A stretch of DNA of 64,000 nt, from NCBI GenBank assembly GCA_035352735.1, contig DAOPYF010000001.1:8385-72384 (forward strand). Direction: 5' to 3'. The notes under the pieces are model-generated. The model was not told where the DNA came from. It saw only the letters and a program-made list of their open reading frames with translations, and made no database searches. Made by a program: the position numbers and the translations under genes. The stretch comes from Treponemataceae bacterium. Lineage in GTDB: Bacteria > Spirochaetota > Spirochaetia > Treponematales > Treponemataceae. Below, one piece after another: positions 62,601-64,000 of the stretch; position 1 is the stretch's first letter; each line of letters starts with the position of its first letter.

Positions 62601-63748
62601 AGATCATCGGCCTTTTTCTCAATAACGAAATTCGTACCGGCGGACATACCCGCTATCTCGAGCTTTTATCCGGTATTGGCGAGAAGGGGCACTTAGTTAC
62701 CCTTTATAAAAACTCCTTTCTTGAACGAAACGTCGATCATGTTTCCACTATTAATGTACCTTTTCTGTATACGTGGGACAAAAGGCGCTTCCTTGGAATC
62801 AGGATAAAAAAACTTGTTTTGCGCGAGATGTGCTCGCGTCCGGTCGAGGCCGACTGGATCGTCATATTCGGCGAAACCCATTGGCCCGCCGCGAAGGCAC
62901 TATCCCACCGTTACGGCATCCCCGTTCTTTACGCGCTCAGAAGCGATTCCGTCGCGGAAGCGCGCTCGTATCTTTCACTCGAGTCGCCCGGCCTCTTGCG
63001 TCGGGCCCGGCTTCACGCGATGATACTGTATAACCGCGCGCGCGAGGCTGATATCGCGCGCCATGCGGCCATTATCGCGTTTCAAAGCGAGCATGACCGT
63101 GACGCCTTCGTATCGCGCAATAGCCGCGCGGCTGGAAAAACCTCGGTCATTCGCGGAGATATCAGGCAGGCGCGATTTAAGGCAGCGTATGCGAATACTA
63201 ATCGCTCGACCGCCTGCAGAAAGCTTCTTTTCGTCGGAACGCTTGGGACTCGAAAGGGACTCGCGTATCTTTTGAAGGCGATGGCAGCGTTACCCGATTC
63301 GATTAAGAAAAGTGTCTCGCTCGATATCCTCGCGGCGGGAACGGATTACGAACCCTTTGACGCGATCATTCGCGAAGCGGGACTTTCGGGAAACGTTCGC
63401 TTTCACGGAAAGGTATCGAACCCGCTTGATTTCATGAAGGAAGCGGATCTTCTCGTCGCCCCTTCTCTTTTCGACAGTTACCCGAACGTCGTGCTTGAGG
63501 CCTTACACGTAGGGCTTCCGGTCATCGGAAGCAGGGTTGGGGGAATTCCTGATATGCTCTCGCGCGAAGAGCTGATCTTTGAGCCGGCGTCCGTCACCAC
63601 GCTTGCGGAGTGTCTGGGAAAAATCGTACAATCAAATGACCATTATATGATGATTCGCCGTCTTTGCGCGGAACGAAGAGGCTATTTCGATTTTGATTGG
63701 GCTGAACAATGGATTATTACCATGAAGAAAGCAATAAATAAGGAGTGA
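62597..63748 (+). CDS. GT4 glycosyltransferase
   Basis: TGG, FVGTLGTRKG, PSLFDSYPNVVLEA, GSRVGGIPD. Confidence 0.88.
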   Translation: MKIIGLFLNNEIRTGGHTRYLELLSGIGEKGHLVTLYKNSFLERNVDHVSTINVPFLYTWDKRRFLGIRIKKLVLREMCSRPVEADWIVIFGETHWPAAKALSHRYGIPVLYALRSDSVAEARSYLSLESPGLLRRARLHAMILYNRAREADIARHAAIIAFQSEHDRDAFVSRNSRAAGKTSVIRGDIRQARFKAAYANTNRSTACRKLLFVGTLGTRKGLAYLLKAMAALPDSIKKSVSLDILAAGTDYEPFDAIIREAGLSGNVRFHGKVSNPLDFMKEADLLVAPSLFDSYPNVVLEALHVGLPVIGSRVGGIPDMLSREELIFEPASVTTLAECLGKIVQSNDHYMMIRRLCAERRGYFDFDWAEQWIITMKKAINKE

Positions 63749-63753
63749 TGTAA

Positions 63754-64000
63754 ATGAAGGGAATTATCCTCGCGGGAGGATCGGGCACGCGCCTTTATCC
63801 GATTACCCGATCGGTGTCGAAGCAGATACTGCCTCTTTACGATAAACCCATGATCTACTATCCCTTGTCGGTGCTCATGCTCGCGGGCATCCGCGAGGTG
63901 CTTATCATCTCGACTCCGCGCGATATCGGTCTTTTCCGCGATCTTTTTGGGTCGGGCGAATGGCTTGGCATGCGCTTTGAGTATAAGGTTCAGGAATCGC
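63754..64000 (+). CDS. rfbA: Glucose-1-phosphate thymidylyltransferase, 5' part (runs off window)
   Basis: Translated by hand: [39 protein letters not shown]; AAGGAG RBS. Confidence 0.95.
   Translation, partial: MKGIILAGGSGTRLYPITRSVSKQILPLYDKPMIYYPLSVLMLAGIREVLIISTPRDIGLFRDLFGSGEWLGMRFEYKVQES

Noticed and set aside
1-64000. CRISPR arrays, tRNA/rRNA/tmRNA, IS or integrase genes, defence systems
   Set aside because: No regularly spaced repeats, cloverleafs, transposase or recombinase motifs seen; intergenic gaps are mostly under 150 nt. Short RNAs could be missed by eye
1-64000. Visibly frequent TCGA and CGCG words
   Set aside because: Uniform across the window and explained by preferred codons (CTC/GTC/ATC followed by GAN, GCG, CGC); a Markov-model test would be needed to claim more

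Overview
Chromosomal segment from a GC-rich spirochaete, most likely Treponemataceae. The assignment rests on the P83/100 antigen, tandem Maf genes, the hemW-lepB-smpB-TP0183-tsaC-ftsB gene order, FemABX and a non-canonical rnf locus. About 55 tightly packed CDSs; no rRNA, tRNA, CRISPR or mobile element was seen. Bases 1-49 kb are mostly core genes: hrpA, hemW, smpB, tsaC, rnz, metG, pcnB, RlmD-like, glgA, an aminotransferase and a GldAFG-like ABC system. Bases 49.1-64 kb are the start of a surface-polysaccharide locus: MarR-like regulator, epimerase, ugd, wzi, wzm/wzt, glycosyltransferases, TagF-like enzyme and rfbA. Most notable: (1) a YidC/Oxa1 insertase core fused to an LtaS/sulfatase-like domain, coupled to a TagF-like enzyme with an N-terminal YIDPGTGS anchor; (2) an intact rnfCDGEAB operon in which most cofactor motifs are lost, followed by a GH57 lacking its catalytic residues; (3) a perfect sigma28 promoter before a ~1000-aa acidic, probably disordered protein that also has an internal sigma70-like promoter and in-frame start, upstream of two Maf glycosyltransferases; (4) several further pseudo-enzymes and many apparently leaderless genes. 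All calls come from reading motifs by eye; no database searches were run.
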